Assembly (NCBI GenBank): GCA_938038445.1
Contig: CALHRZ010000010.1
Coordinates: forward strand, 16,757 to 80,756
Length of the DNA stretch: 64,000 bases
Source of the DNA: an uncultured bacterium
Lineage (GTDB): Bacteria > Verrucomicrobiota > Kiritimatiellia > CAIKKV01
Direction: 5' to 3'
Below, piece by piece: positions 16,565 to 25,418 of the stretch; within the stretch, counting starts at the first letter, position 1; each line of letters starts with the position of its first letter. The notes beneath the pieces were generated by a model. That model was not told the origin of the DNA and searched no databases. It worked only from the letters and a program-made list of their open reading frames with translations. The translations under genes and the position numbers were made by a program.

Positions 16565-17242
16565 GTGCATGCAATGCCGCGAATGCTGATCCCGTTGGTG
16601 TTGACCCTTTCGGCATGCGGAGGATCGCGTGTTCTCGCGCACGAAACGTGGCTGTGGGTATCTTCTTATCGGCCGTCTCCAGAAGAACGAGTTACGGTTT
16701 GCGCGGGGAACGGCCATGCCTTTCCCAAGAGCGATATGCGCATCGCTCCGGACTGGCTTCGTCGCCTTCATGTTGTCGAGAACGGGATCCCGCGCGCCGA
16801 TCTATTGCTTCAACCGGACGGGAATGAATATACGGCGGCCATGACGGTGGAACGCGGAGGGGTGTTTCTCTTCGTGTTAGAGCTTCAGCGGGCTTCCATG
16901 TCGGAGCCGAGGGCATGGGTTCGTGCGATCATGGTTTCAGGCGAACGGGATGAGCCAGACTGGTATCGAACGGGGGATGGTTTGGAAATCGTTCCGGAGC
17001 GCGCGGTGTCCCGGCTCACGGAGGGAGAATCCCTTCCCGTGGCGGCATATTGGAAAGGCGAACGGATTGAAAACCGGCTGACGATCCGACTGCCGAAAAG
17101 CGGGCGGGAACTCGTACTGAGCACGACCCCAGAGCGCCCAGCGGTTCTGACGCACCTTGAATCGGGCGTCTATCTGCTGACGGTGTCCTATCTCGGGCGA
17201 ACGGCGACTCTGACCTTTTCGATCGGTGGAGGCCGGCCATGA
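16565..17242 (+). CDS. DUF4198 periplasmic protein (NikK/CbiK-like additional component of Ni/Co ECF-type transporter)
   Basis: It has a lipoprotein-like signal (LTLSACGG) and a mature N-terminus HETWLW typical of DUF4198. It is positioned immediately before nikL/M/Q/O-like genes. Confidence 0.55.
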   Translation: MHAMPRMLIPLVLTLSACGGSRVLAHETWLWVSSYRPSPEERVTVCAGNGHAFPKSDMRIAPDWLRRLHVVENGIPRADLLLQPDGNEYTAAMTVERGGVFLFVLELQRASMSEPRAWVRAIMVSGERDEPDWYRTGDGLEIVPERAVSRLTEGESLPVAAYWKGERIENRLTIRLPKSGRELVLSTTPERPAVLTHLESGVYLLTVSYLGRTATLTFSIGGGRP

Positions 17243-17682
17243 GGTTCGGTGTCTGGCGGAATGGAGTTGTATTGTTCTTTACCGGCGCGGTGTCCTTCGC
17301 TCTGGGCCATGGGATGCATGCAGAGCGAACCGATGCTGCAGGGTTTGTGTTTCGGTATGATGACGGTTCACCGGTTGCGTTTGCCGATATTCGTGTATGG
17401 GGGCCGGGGGATGGGGAGACCCCGGGTCTTCAGGGGACTACGGACGTCCGCGGTGCGTTTGCGTTTTCCGTTTCCACCGTGGGGAGTTGGCGCATTCGGG
17501 TTGATGACGGGCTTGGCCATGCAACGGAGACAACGTTTACGGCGGGGACCGAAGGGGGTCAGTGCGCGAGGGTAGGGCGACCGGATCGGTGGGCACGATG
17601 GCTGGCGGGGATTGGGGTTATCTTTGGATTGGCAGGGGTCTATGTCCTGGTGTCGCGGCCGGTTGGCCAACCGCGGCATTAG
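17239..17682 (+). CDS. Small membrane-anchored protein, NikL-like (transthyretin/carboxypeptidase-regulatory-like fold) accessory component
   Basis: It overlaps the upstream gene by ATGA. It has N- and C-terminal TM segments flanking a beta-rich domain. This position is conserved in nik(K)(L)MQO clusters. Confidence 0.4.
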   Translation: MRFGVWRNGVVLFFTGAVSFALGHGMHAERTDAAGFVFRYDDGSPVAFADIRVWGPGDGETPGLQGTTDVRGAFAFSVSTVGSWRIRVDDGLGHATETTFTAGTEGGQCARVGRPDRWARWLAGIGVIFGLAGVYVLVSRPVGQPRH

Positions 17683-17703
17683 ACCGACAACAGGAGGCAG
17701 GGC

Positions 17704-18321
17704 GTGCATATTGCAGAAGGGGTGTTGAGTCCGGCAGTGGCTGCGAGCGGGTGGCTGGCAAGCGCGGCGGGGATTTACTGGGGATTGCGTTGTATGGAGC
17801 CCGAAGCGATTCCCCGAACGGCGATGATGACGGCGGCTTTTTTTACGGCCTCCCTGATTCAAGTGCCGATCGGCCCTGGCCATACCCACCTCGTTCTGAG
17901 TGGCCTGGCGGGAATCCTGCTGGGGCCGGCCACATTTCCGTCTCTGGCGGTCGCTTTGTTTCTCCAGGCGTTACTGTTTCAATTCGGCGGGCTGAGCTCC
18001 CTGGGAGTCAATCTCCTCATTATGGCGGTTCCGGCTGTCGTATTCGGATTCCTTTTTCAGGGGGGAATGCGTCGGCGGAGCGGGGGACGCGGTCGGCTGT
18101 GGGGGTTTGCGTTTATGGCAGGAATGGGTTCGGTCTGGCTTTCCGCCTTGATGCAAGCCGGCGCGCTCCTGGCGTCTGACCCCACGTTTCGGGTTGCGGG
18201 CATGACGTTGGCGGCGATTCATGCTGTATCGGGTCCAGTGGAAGGACTCATTACGGCATTCACCGTCACGTTTTTGGAGGAACTTCGGCCGGGTCTGGCG
18301 AAACGCGGAGGGATCCGGTGA
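17704..18321 (+). CDS. nikM: CbiM/NikM substrate-capture component of Ni/Co ECF transporter
   Basis: The GTG start gives the N-terminus MHIAEGVLSP, the hallmark CbiM/NikM N-terminus (N-terminal Met-His metal ligands). Confidence 0.8.
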   Translation: MHIAEGVLSPAVAASGWLASAAGIYWGLRCMEPEAIPRTAMMTAAFFTASLIQVPIGPGHTHLVLSGLAGILLGPATFPSLAVALFLQALLFQFGGLSSLGVNLLIMAVPAVVFGFLFQGGMRRRSGGRGRLWGFAFMAGMGSVWLSALMQAGALLASDPTFRVAGMTLAAIHAVSGPVEGLITAFTVTFLEELRPGLAKRGGIR

Positions 18322-19070
18322 GTTGTCTGACTTGGATTCCGGGGCGCTCCTGGATTCACCGCGTGACGCCGGAAGCACGTCTTTTTTCGGCGCTTGTGCT
18401 GATGGTCGCGCTGACCATTGCGGAGGGTCCTTGGGCGGCGATGGGCGGAGGAGTTCTGGCGGTGGTTCTCGTTGGGCTGGCTCGGTTGCCGCTGCGGCTG
18501 TTGGGGCATGTGTTGATTCGGCTGAACCTTGTATTGGGGTTTATGGCGTTACTCCTTCTTCCGGCACTGTGCGGTAGTTCCCTCGTCGAGTCTCCCGCGG
18601 TACGACCTTCTGGGAACGGGTTTTCGCTTTTGGGGCGGATGGTTTGGAAAGGCAATGCGATGGTGATGCTCTATTTGGCCCTTTTGGCTACGATGGACCC
18701 CATGGCGTTGGGGCTGGCGATGCGCGCTCTCCGTCTTCCTTCCCGGCTCGCTCTCCTGTATCTGTTGACGGTTCGGTATGTCGATCTCTTGCATCACGAG
18801 TGGGAGCGCATCCGCCGTGCGATGGGGGTTCGGGGATTCCGTGCCCGAGCGGATCGCCGTACCTTTCGCCTGTATGGCCACGCTCTGGGCCGACTGTTCC
18901 TGCGGTCTCTCGAACGGGCGGAACGGATTGTTTGGGCTATGAAATGCCGGGGTTTCAAGGGGCATTATCCTTTGTCTTCCCGGGGACGGTGGACGACGGA
19001 CTCGATCTTGTTCGCGGTGGGGAGTTGTCTTGCGGCTGTTTTAATATTTGCCTTAGCATGGATCCGATGA
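18318..19070 (+). CDS. nikQ: CbiQ/NikQ transmembrane (T) component
   Basis: The GTG start overlaps the nikM stop (GTGA). The hydrophobic CbiQ-like sequence includes RAMGVRGF. Confidence 0.7.
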   Translation: MSCLTWIPGRSWIHRVTPEARLFSALVLMVALTIAEGPWAAMGGGVLAVVLVGLARLPLRLLGHVLIRLNLVLGFMALLLLPALCGSSLVESPAVRPSGNGFSLLGRMVWKGNAMVMLYLALLATMDPMALGLAMRALRLPSRLALLYLLTVRYVDLLHHEWERIRRAMGVRGFRARADRRTFRLYGHALGRLFLRSLERAERIVWAMKCRGFKGHYPLSSRGRWTTDSILFAVGSCLAAVLIFALAWIR

Positions 19071-19723
19071 ACGCATCTTTCCTTCGTTTTTGGAACTTGT
19101 CTTATGCGTACGAAGAGGGGCGAGCGGTGCTGCGGGAGGTTTCCGGTCGGATCGAACGCGGCGAACGGATTGCGCTGATCGGTCCGAACGGAGCGGGAAA
19201 AAGTACGCTGTTGCTTCTCCTCATGGGGTTGTTGAAGTCTCCGACTGGCGGATTGGAGATATTGGGGCGACGGTGTCGGTTGGAACAGGATTTTGATGAG
19301 GTGCGGGGTCGGATCGGTCTTCTGTTCCAGGACAGCGACGATCAATTGTTCAACCCGACTGTCTGGGACGAGATGATGTTTGGTCCGCTCAATTTGGGGT
19401 GGTCTTTTTCGCGGGCCGAGGCGAAGGCGAAGGAAACGTTGGTGTTGTTTGGAATTGAAAACCAGGCGTCTCGGTTCACGCATCGGCTTTCAGCCGGGGA
19501 GAAACGTCTGGTGGCGCTTGCCTCTCTATGGGTAATGGAACCGGAGGCGTTGTTGCTGGATGAGCCGACGGCCGGTTTGGACGACAGTGCCCGCCAACGG
19601 GTGAAGGCGATTGTGGCGTCTTTTCCGGGTAGCCTGGTCGTTGCGTCACACGATCGGGAATTTTTGGAGGGTGTGACATCACGGCGTTGGAATCTCGTGG
19701 CTGGACATTTGGAAATTGAGTGA
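19055..19723 (+). CDS. nikO: CbiO/NikO ATP-binding component
   Basis: The start was trimmed to ATG 19055 (MDPMNASFLRF...). Walker A GPNGAGKST, LSAGEKRLVALA and LLLDEPTAGLD are present. Confidence 0.75.
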   Translation, partial: SMDPMNASFLRFWNLSYAYEEGRAVLREVSGRIERGERIALIGPNGAGKSTLLLLLMGLLKSPTGGLEILGRRCRLEQDFDEVRGRIGLLFQDSDDQLFNPTVWDEMMFGPLNLGWSFSRAEAKAKETLVLFGIENQASRFTHRLSAGEKRLVALASLWVMEPEALLLDEPTAGLDDSARQRVKAIVASFPGSLVVASHDREFLEGVTSRRWNLVAGHLEIE

Positions 19724-19778
19724 CGCGGCTGGTCGCTTCTGATATCCTTTTCCGCTTTCCAGATCGCGGAAGAGCGGA

Positions 19779-21305
19779 ATGGGAGCGGATCGAATGCGCG
19801 AACCCAGATTGGATTTGCTTGTACTGGCGGATCTTCACTATGCGTTGCCGAATCGGCCGGAAGCTGCGGCGGAACCTCTTCGAAAGATGGCGTGGGGGCG
19901 TTTACTTTTTCGCAAGGTGTTGCGCCGCGTTCGACACATGGGGCGATGGCCGGATGCTCTGGTTTTGCTGGGCGATCTGGTAGAAGATGGAGGAGCGGCG
20001 GATGCGGAATCCCTTCTCAAGGGATTGGCCGCGGAAGCGGAAGAAGCGGGACTTTTCGTCCTGGCGGTTGCGGGCAATCATGATCCAACGGACGATTCGG
20101 TTGCTCGAGTTTTCGACTCTCCGACCGGCTTTCGAGAATTTGGAGGCTATGGATTTCTTCTGATCCGCGACGAGGTGGGGCCGGGGGATTTTGCCGCGCG
20201 CCCCCCCGGCGATCTCGTCTTGCCCGTCCAGGCGGCGCGTGCTCATCCGGATCTTCCCCTGGTTGCGGTTCAGCACAATCCGATCTTCCCTCCCATTGAA
20301 AGTTCCTATCCCTTTTTGCCGACGAATGCGGAAGCGATTGCCGAATGTTATGAGGAGGCGGGGGTAATTCTTTCGCTCAGCGGGCATTATCACTGCGGAA
20401 ATGGGCCGATTCAGCGGGGGCCGACTCTGTACCGCACCACGCCTGCATTATGCGAATCGCCTTTTCGATTCGACTATGTGCGGCTGCGCGGTCGGCGGGT
20501 CGAGGTGGAGACTCATGCGCTCCGTCTGGAGGTGCCAGGACTCACCGACGTGCACTGTCATACCGAACTTGCGTACTGTGCCACGACGGTTCGGGCCGAA
20601 GAGAACGTGGCGATTTCCCGTGCCATGGGTGTTTCCCAGATCTGTTTGACCGAGCATGCCTTTCAGCTTTACATGCCGGAGGAGGAGGCGTGGAGTTTTC
20701 GTTGGCAGACGGACAGGCCGATGGCGGAGCGTTGTTTGGCGGGGCCGACTCGCATGGAGGCGTATCGGGCGTTAGCCGGCGTTTGGCGGGGTGACGCGAG
20801 CGTTCGAATCGGATTGGAAGTGGACTGGCGGGAAGGGGAAGGCTGGCTCCTGCGGCCGGGCGATGCGGACGGTTGGGATTTGTTGGTGGGAGGCGTGCAT
20901 TTGTTACCGGGCTATACTCGCGAGACGGTTCGGAAGGCGAAGCGGGCGGAGTTGGAGCGGCTTTTTATACGGCAAGTCGAAGATTTGCTCTCGAAGGGGA
21001 TTTCGGTTTTGGCCCATCCGTTTCGCATTTTCATCCGCTGGGGGTTGGAAGAACCCACGGCACTTCATGACCGACTGGTCGAAATGCTGAAGGCGGCGGA
21101 CACGGCTGCGGAAATCAATTTTCACGATCATCCCACGAGCGATCGGTTTTATCGCGAATGCCTGGTTCAGGGGGTGCGGTTGGCATTGGGCACAGATTCC
21201 CATGATCTGTCGGAGGTCGGCGAACTGTTTCCTCATTTGGAGGTTCTGAAACGGATTGGAGTGGACCCAACCACTGAGACAGACCGGCTGTTTCGGCTTT
21301 CCTGA
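19779..21305 (+). CDS. Fusion protein: calcineurin-like metallophosphoesterase domain + C-terminal PHP (polymerase/histidinol-phosphatase) domain
   Basis: The N-terminus has LADLHY ... GDLVEDG ... AGNHD metallophosphoesterase motifs. The C-terminus has HCHTELAYC ... TEHAF ... PHP-like motifs. An alternative start lies at 19794 (MREPRLD). Confidence 0.55.
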   Translation: MGADRMREPRLDLLVLADLHYALPNRPEAAAEPLRKMAWGRLLFRKVLRRVRHMGRWPDALVLLGDLVEDGGAADAESLLKGLAAEAEEAGLFVLAVAGNHDPTDDSVARVFDSPTGFREFGGYGFLLIRDEVGPGDFAARPPGDLVLPVQAARAHPDLPLVAVQHNPIFPPIESSYPFLPTNAEAIAECYEEAGVILSLSGHYHCGNGPIQRGPTLYRTTPALCESPFRFDYVRLRGRRVEVETHALRLEVPGLTDVHCHTELAYCATTVRAEENVAISRAMGVSQICLTEHAFQLYMPEEEAWSFRWQTDRPMAERCLAGPTRMEAYRALAGVWRGDASVRIGLEVDWREGEGWLLRPGDADGWDLLVGGVHLLPGYTRETVRKAKRAELERLFIRQVEDLLSKGISVLAHPFRIFIRWGLEEPTALHDRLVEMLKAADTAAEINFHDHPTSDRFYRECLVQGVRLALGTDSHDLSEVGELFPHLEVLKRIGVDPTTETDRLFRLS

Positions 21306-21338
21306 AACGGTGCGTTGAATAAAACGGAGGAAATAACA

Positions 21339-23162
21339 ATGAAAATGATTCAAAATGGCTGGTGGAAGGCTCGGTTTGACGAACGGACGGGCAAGTTGGT
21401 TTGGTTGGAGGAGGCGGAGGGCGGGATTCCGCTGACGGACGCGGTGACGGAGGATGGGACCGACATGAAAGAGGGGGGTGCGGAACCCTATCGTGGGTTG
21501 TCCACCTGGATTAAGACGGGGGATCAACCGGACCCCAATACGGGAGTGCTTATGGCCTTTGCTCCCTTGCACGTTATTCCGCGGCAGGCGGTTTTGGTGG
21601 AGAACGGCATCCGATTTGAATCGGAATTGGACGGCATTCGGTTTCAACAGACATGGACCTTGAAGCCGGGCCAATCGCCGCTGGAGGTGGAAACGGTTTT
21701 GGAAAACATCAACGGGGCACCGGCCCCGTATCAGATTGAATTTTTCTTTGCATGGCATATCCCGCCGGAAGAATGGGGCTGGACGGTTTCCTGGATGCCT
21801 GGAAAAGGATTGAACGTGCTTCCGCCCTTTGGCGATATCCGTTTTGGTCCATCGGAGGGTGTGAACTCGGCGGCCTTTTTTTGTCGTCTCGGATCGTTGA
21901 AGGGGGCGGCATTGCAAGCCGGGGAGGGGATTGCGCGGTATTTTGCCGGAAATCAATCCGGCAGTTTTGTCCTGGGCTTGCTGAGCGTGGCGAAGGCGTT
22001 ATCCCCCGGCATGCGGACGATCTCGCGATTTGAACTGTGGCCTTATGGGAAGGCGCAGGAGGCCGCAAAAGTTCCTCATCCGTCCTGTTTGGCGGAAGAG
22101 GTCAAGGTGTGGGAGCAGCAAACGATGCGGGTTGCCGGCCGGCATCCGGATCTTCGGAGTTTTGCCGGAACTCTGGAACCTATGGCGCTTCCCCGGCGGT
22201 ATTTGCATTTGACCTTCCAGTATGCGCCTGTTCCGGTGGATGAAATTTTAATGTTGTTGGATCGTGTGGTGGCCCCTCTGGGGTTTACGGATCTGATCGC
22301 CGAAATTGGCCGGGCCTTTCCCTATGCCTCACATCCTTCCGTCGGTGCCCGATGGGCCTATTCGCGGGCGGAGTGGAAACGGATTGTCGAGGCGGTTCGG
22401 GCGGTCGGTTTGAATTTCATTCCGGAATACAATGCATTGGGGCATCAACGGGAGTCGGGGCTTGGGGCGGCGTTTCCCGAGATGTGCGAGGATTCGGGAT
22501 GCTGGTGTTTGGACGTCGAACATCCCCAGACGCAGCCTTTTTTGAGGGATCTGATTGGTGAGTTGTGCGATTTCTTTGCGCCGGAAGCCTTCCATGTGGG
22601 GTTGGATGAAGCGGACATTCCGAGTCGGCCCCAGACGTTTGCCTGCCCGCGAAATGGGAGGCCACGGGATGGGGGGTTGTTGCTGGCGGAGCATGTGTTA
22701 GGGCTTCATGCGTTCCTGGCTGACCGCAAAGTGCGGGCGATGATGTGGGCGGATATGTTGCTCTACCGTCCGGAGCATCACACACAGAACGGATTAAGGA
22801 CTGGGTCGTGGCGGGCGATTGAGCGGCTTCCCCGTGATATCGTGATGTTCGATTGGTGTTATTGGCCTGTGAAGGGGTATGACACATCGATCTATTTGAA
22901 GGGCGAAGGATTTTCGGTTGTGGGAGTGACCTGGCATATTCCGAAAGCGGTGGCCGATTTCACGCGGTTTGGGGCCGAGCAAAAGCTTGCCGGCATGTGT
23001 GCCACGACGTGGGCGAACCCGACCTTTCGTTCCATTCCCGTTGTTTGTACCCTCATGGCCGGTAGGCTCTTTCGCCGTCCTTTCGATGGACCATGGGAAG
23101 CGATTCGGGATGAAGCCGAAGCGCAGGCGTTTCGGTTGGCGCGGCAAAAGGATCAGCGATAA
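21339..23162 (+). CDS. Glycoside hydrolase family 20-like (beta-N-acetylhexosaminidase-like) protein
   Basis: The ATG at 21339 (MKMIQNGWWK) has a GGAGGA RBS 7 nt upstream. EYNALGHQRE ... LDVEHPQTQPFLRDLIGELCDFFAPEAFHVGLDEA aligns with the GH20 catalytic region (E.DMPGH ... LD..NP.T..F ... HIGGDE). Confidence 0.5.
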   Translation: MKMIQNGWWKARFDERTGKLVWLEEAEGGIPLTDAVTEDGTDMKEGGAEPYRGLSTWIKTGDQPDPNTGVLMAFAPLHVIPRQAVLVENGIRFESELDGIRFQQTWTLKPGQSPLEVETVLENINGAPAPYQIEFFFAWHIPPEEWGWTVSWMPGKGLNVLPPFGDIRFGPSEGVNSAAFFCRLGSLKGAALQAGEGIARYFAGNQSGSFVLGLLSVAKALSPGMRTISRFELWPYGKAQEAAKVPHPSCLAEEVKVWEQQTMRVAGRHPDLRSFAGTLEPMALPRRYLHLTFQYAPVPVDEILMLLDRVVAPLGFTDLIAEIGRAFPYASHPSVGARWAYSRAEWKRIVEAVRAVGLNFIPEYNALGHQRESGLGAAFPEMCEDSGCWCLDVEHPQTQPFLRDLIGELCDFFAPEAFHVGLDEADIPSRPQTFACPRNGRPRDGGLLLAEHVLGLHAFLADRKVRAMMWADMLLYRPEHHTQNGLRTGSWRAIERLPRDIVMFDWCYWPVKGYDTSIYLKGEGFSVVGVTWHIPKAVADFTRFGAEQKLAGMCATTWANPTFRSIPVVCTLMAGRLFRRPFDGPWEAIRDEAEAQAFRLARQKDQR

Positions 23163-24242
23163 CGTCCGAATCGGCGGGCGGCCTCATACATGGCGAGGAC
23201 GTTTTCCGTTGGAGTATTATCCTGAATCGCATGGGTGGGGGCGAGGCAGTACCCTCCGCCGGGCATCATGACTTCCAGGGTTTGGCGGCAGACTTTCCGG
23301 ACGTCGTCGGGTGTCCCGGTGGCGAGCGGGCCGGCGGTGGAGATGGCGCCATGAAAGGCCAGGCGGTTGCCGAATCTTGATTTGAGGTATGCGGGGGCCA
23401 TCTGGGCGGCTTCGGGTTGAAGCGTATCCACGGCGGCGATACCCATTTCGATGAAGTCTTCGAAGGCCCAGCTGCTGGAACCGCAGGAGTGGATGATGAC
23501 GGGGATTCCATACGCGCGCCCCAGGTCTACGAACCGCTGATGGATGGGGCGGAGGACTCGGCGGTAGAGGTCGAGGCTGATCATGGGACCGATCTGGGTT
23601 CCGAGATCTTCCCCGAGCCAGAGGCCGTCGGCTTTTCCGTCGAGCGCGTCGAGGGTCCGTTCGGCGAGGGCAAACAGGATGTCGGCTCTTCGGCGGGCGA
23701 GGAGGAGGCCGGCCGGGTCATCCGTGGCCAGGTCCACGAGGGTCTGTTCCATGGAGCGAAGCATTCCATTGCCGTTGATGATGTCGGGGACGCCTGGGCC
23801 GCCGACGGTGAGGAAAAGATTGGGCCATTGTTGACGCGCCTGTCTGGCGGTGGCGTAATCGAAATGATCTGGGTTGGGCATTGGCCACCGCGCCACCTCC
23901 TCTTCCGTCGCGTTCAGAAGGGGGAAGTCGCAGTAATCCCAATAACCGCCGGATGGGTGTTCGATCCAGCGTCGTCGGACGCCCCAGCAATCCGTTTTGA
24001 TCCCTCGTTCTGGAATGTCGGCATGGAGTTGGGGTCCGCGGTAGGGCGGCCAAAAGGAGCGGAAATCCACCTCCAGGGCCCGCAGGAGACCTTCGTTGTC
24101 ATCAGGGGCAAGGCCGAAATGTTCTTTGAGGCGCGCGTCAATCCCGGCATTCGCGCTGTAATTGACGGGGACACGGTCGGGTTCGTGCCGTGCCAAGGCG
24201 ATTCGAACGCGTTCGCGAGAGTTCAGCGAGGTCATCGGCATT
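23153..24242 (-). CDS. Uroporphyrinogen decarboxylase (URO-D) family protein (MtaA/CmuA-like methyltransferase fold)
   Basis: The start was trimmed to ATG 24242 (MPMTSLNSRERV...). Its length and motifs (RVPV ... HSCGSSSWAFEDFIEMGIAAVDTLQPEA) match the URO-D family. Its 3' end overlaps the GH20-like gene convergently by 10 nt. Confidence 0.5.
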
Positions 24243-24343
24243 CTTTCTTGTTTATAGTGACCTATTATGCAACATTTCTTTAGTCCAGGGCAACGGGATG
24301 AGGATAGAGGAACGATGAGAAGAAGCGAAGAGGAGAAAAGGGA

Positions 24344-25171
24344 ATGCGGTATTCGATGATGAGTTACACGATCGCTCGCCATGGGCCGAAAGTTTTCGAT
24401 CTCGACCGGATGCTGCGGCTGGCGGTCGAATTGAAGATGGCGGGTGTGGATTTTGTGACATTGCACGGTTTTTCGGCTGCCGAATTGAAGAAGCGATGCG
24501 AGGGATATGGACTTGCAGTTGTGTGCTATACCATTCCGGCGGGGGGGCTGACCAGCGATAGGCGGGAGGAAGTGGAGCGGGCAAAGGAAACGTTGATGCG
24601 CGGGGTGGAGGATGCGGCGGCACTTGGCGCTCCCGTCATAATGGTCGTTACGCCGGGGCGGGATGACGTGCCGCGCGACGAAGCGCGTCGGCGCTACATT
24701 GAGGGGATTGCGCGATGCATCGAAGTGGCGAAGCCCATGAACATTCGGGTAACGGTAGAGAATTTTCCGGGTAAGAGCAGTCCGTTTGTCACGGCGGAGG
24801 ATTTCTTGGCGGCTGCCGTGCAATTACCGGATTTGGGCTTGACGTTTGACAGTGGGAATACGGCGGGCGGCGAGGATCCTGCGGATTCGTTTCGGCGGGT
24901 TGCGGGTCGCGTCGCACATGCCCATTTCAAGGATTGGGTGGTTCTGACCGCGCGGCAAGCGGGCGGGCGGGAAATGTTGAATGGTCTTCGGTATGAACCG
25001 GCGCTGATCGGCGAAGGGATTCTCAATCACAAGGCCGTGCTTGGGGCGATGGGGCAATCGGGATATTGCGGGTGCATTAATATTGAATATGAGGGGCCGA
25101 AGGATCCTTATGAAGCAACTCGGGCGGCGGTAAATTATTTGCGGGCGCTCGAGGTGGAACTCGGCGTTTGA
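24344..25171 (+). CDS. Sugar phosphate isomerase/epimerase (xylose-isomerase-like TIM barrel)
   Basis: Typical motifs are present (GVDFVTLHG ... MVVTPG ... VTVENFPG ... HAHFKD ... INIEYEG). Confidence 0.55.
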   Translation: MRYSMMSYTIARHGPKVFDLDRMLRLAVELKMAGVDFVTLHGFSAAELKKRCEGYGLAVVCYTIPAGGLTSDRREEVERAKETLMRGVEDAAALGAPVIMVVTPGRDDVPRDEARRRYIEGIARCIEVAKPMNIRVTVENFPGKSSPFVTAEDFLAAAVQLPDLGLTFDSGNTAGGEDPADSFRRVAGRVAHAHFKDWVVLTARQAGGREMLNGLRYEPALIGEGILNHKAVLGAMGQSGYCGCINIEYEGPKDPYEATRAAVNYLRALEVELGV

Positions 25172-25176
25172 TCTTC

Positions 25177-25253
25177 TGGCGTACCTGGCAGGAGTCGAAC
25201 CTGCAACCCTCAGATCCGAAGTCTGATGCTCTGTCCAATTGAGCTACAGGTAC
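25177..25253 (-). tRNA. tRNA-Arg (anticodon TCG)
   Basis: The 77-nt cloverleaf (minus strand) is GTACCTG TA GCTC AATTGGACA GAGC A TCAGA CTTCGGA TCTGA GGGTT GCAGG TTCGACT CCTGC CAGGTAC G CCA. A20 in the D-loop is an Arg identity element. The CCA end is encoded. Confidence 0.75.
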
Positions 25254-25276
25254 AGGGAAGGGTGAGGTCAAGGTGC

Positions 25277-25353
25277 TGGCGTACCTGGCAGGAGTCGAAC
25301 CTGCAACCCTCAGATCCGTAGTCTGATGCTCTGTCCAATTGAGCTACAGGTAC
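25277..25353 (-). tRNA. tRNA-Arg (anticodon ACG)
   Basis: It is identical to the neighbouring tRNA except for position 34 (anticodon loop CTACGGA). It lies 23 nt upstream (in transcription order) of the TCG copy. Confidence 0.75.
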
Positions 25354-25356
25354 GCG

Positions 25357-25384
25357 TTGCATATCCATTGCCCTGTACTATAAA
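25357..25384 (+). promoter_or_regulatory. Candidate uvrB promoter (TTGCAT-N16-TATAAA), overlapping the divergent tRNA promoter
   Basis: TTGCAT lies at 25357-25362 and TATAAA at 25379-25384. The -10 boxes of the two divergent promoters overlap. Confidence 0.3.
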
Positions 25385-25405
25385 ATAAGCGTTTAGGAAA
25401 AGCAA
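25377..25405 (-). promoter_or_regulatory. Candidate sigma70-type promoter for the tRNA-Arg pair (TTGCTT-N17-TATAGT on minus strand)
   Basis: Minus-strand TTGCTT lies at 25400-25405 and TATAGT at 25377-25382 with a 17-nt spacer. This places the TSS ~17 nt upstream of the mature tRNA 5' end. Confidence 0.4.
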
Positions 25406-25418
25406 GCGATCCTTGTCT

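Noticed and set aside
25077-25271. 64-aa ORF overlapping the tRNA-Arg pair
   Set aside because: It is fully explained by the tRNA genes on the same strand.
25354-25418. LexA/SOS box upstream of uvrB
   Set aside because: CTGT is present (CTGTACTATAAAATAAG) but there is no matching ACAG half-site, and no GAAC-N4-GTTC or TGTTC-type palindrome. No SOS box is claimed.
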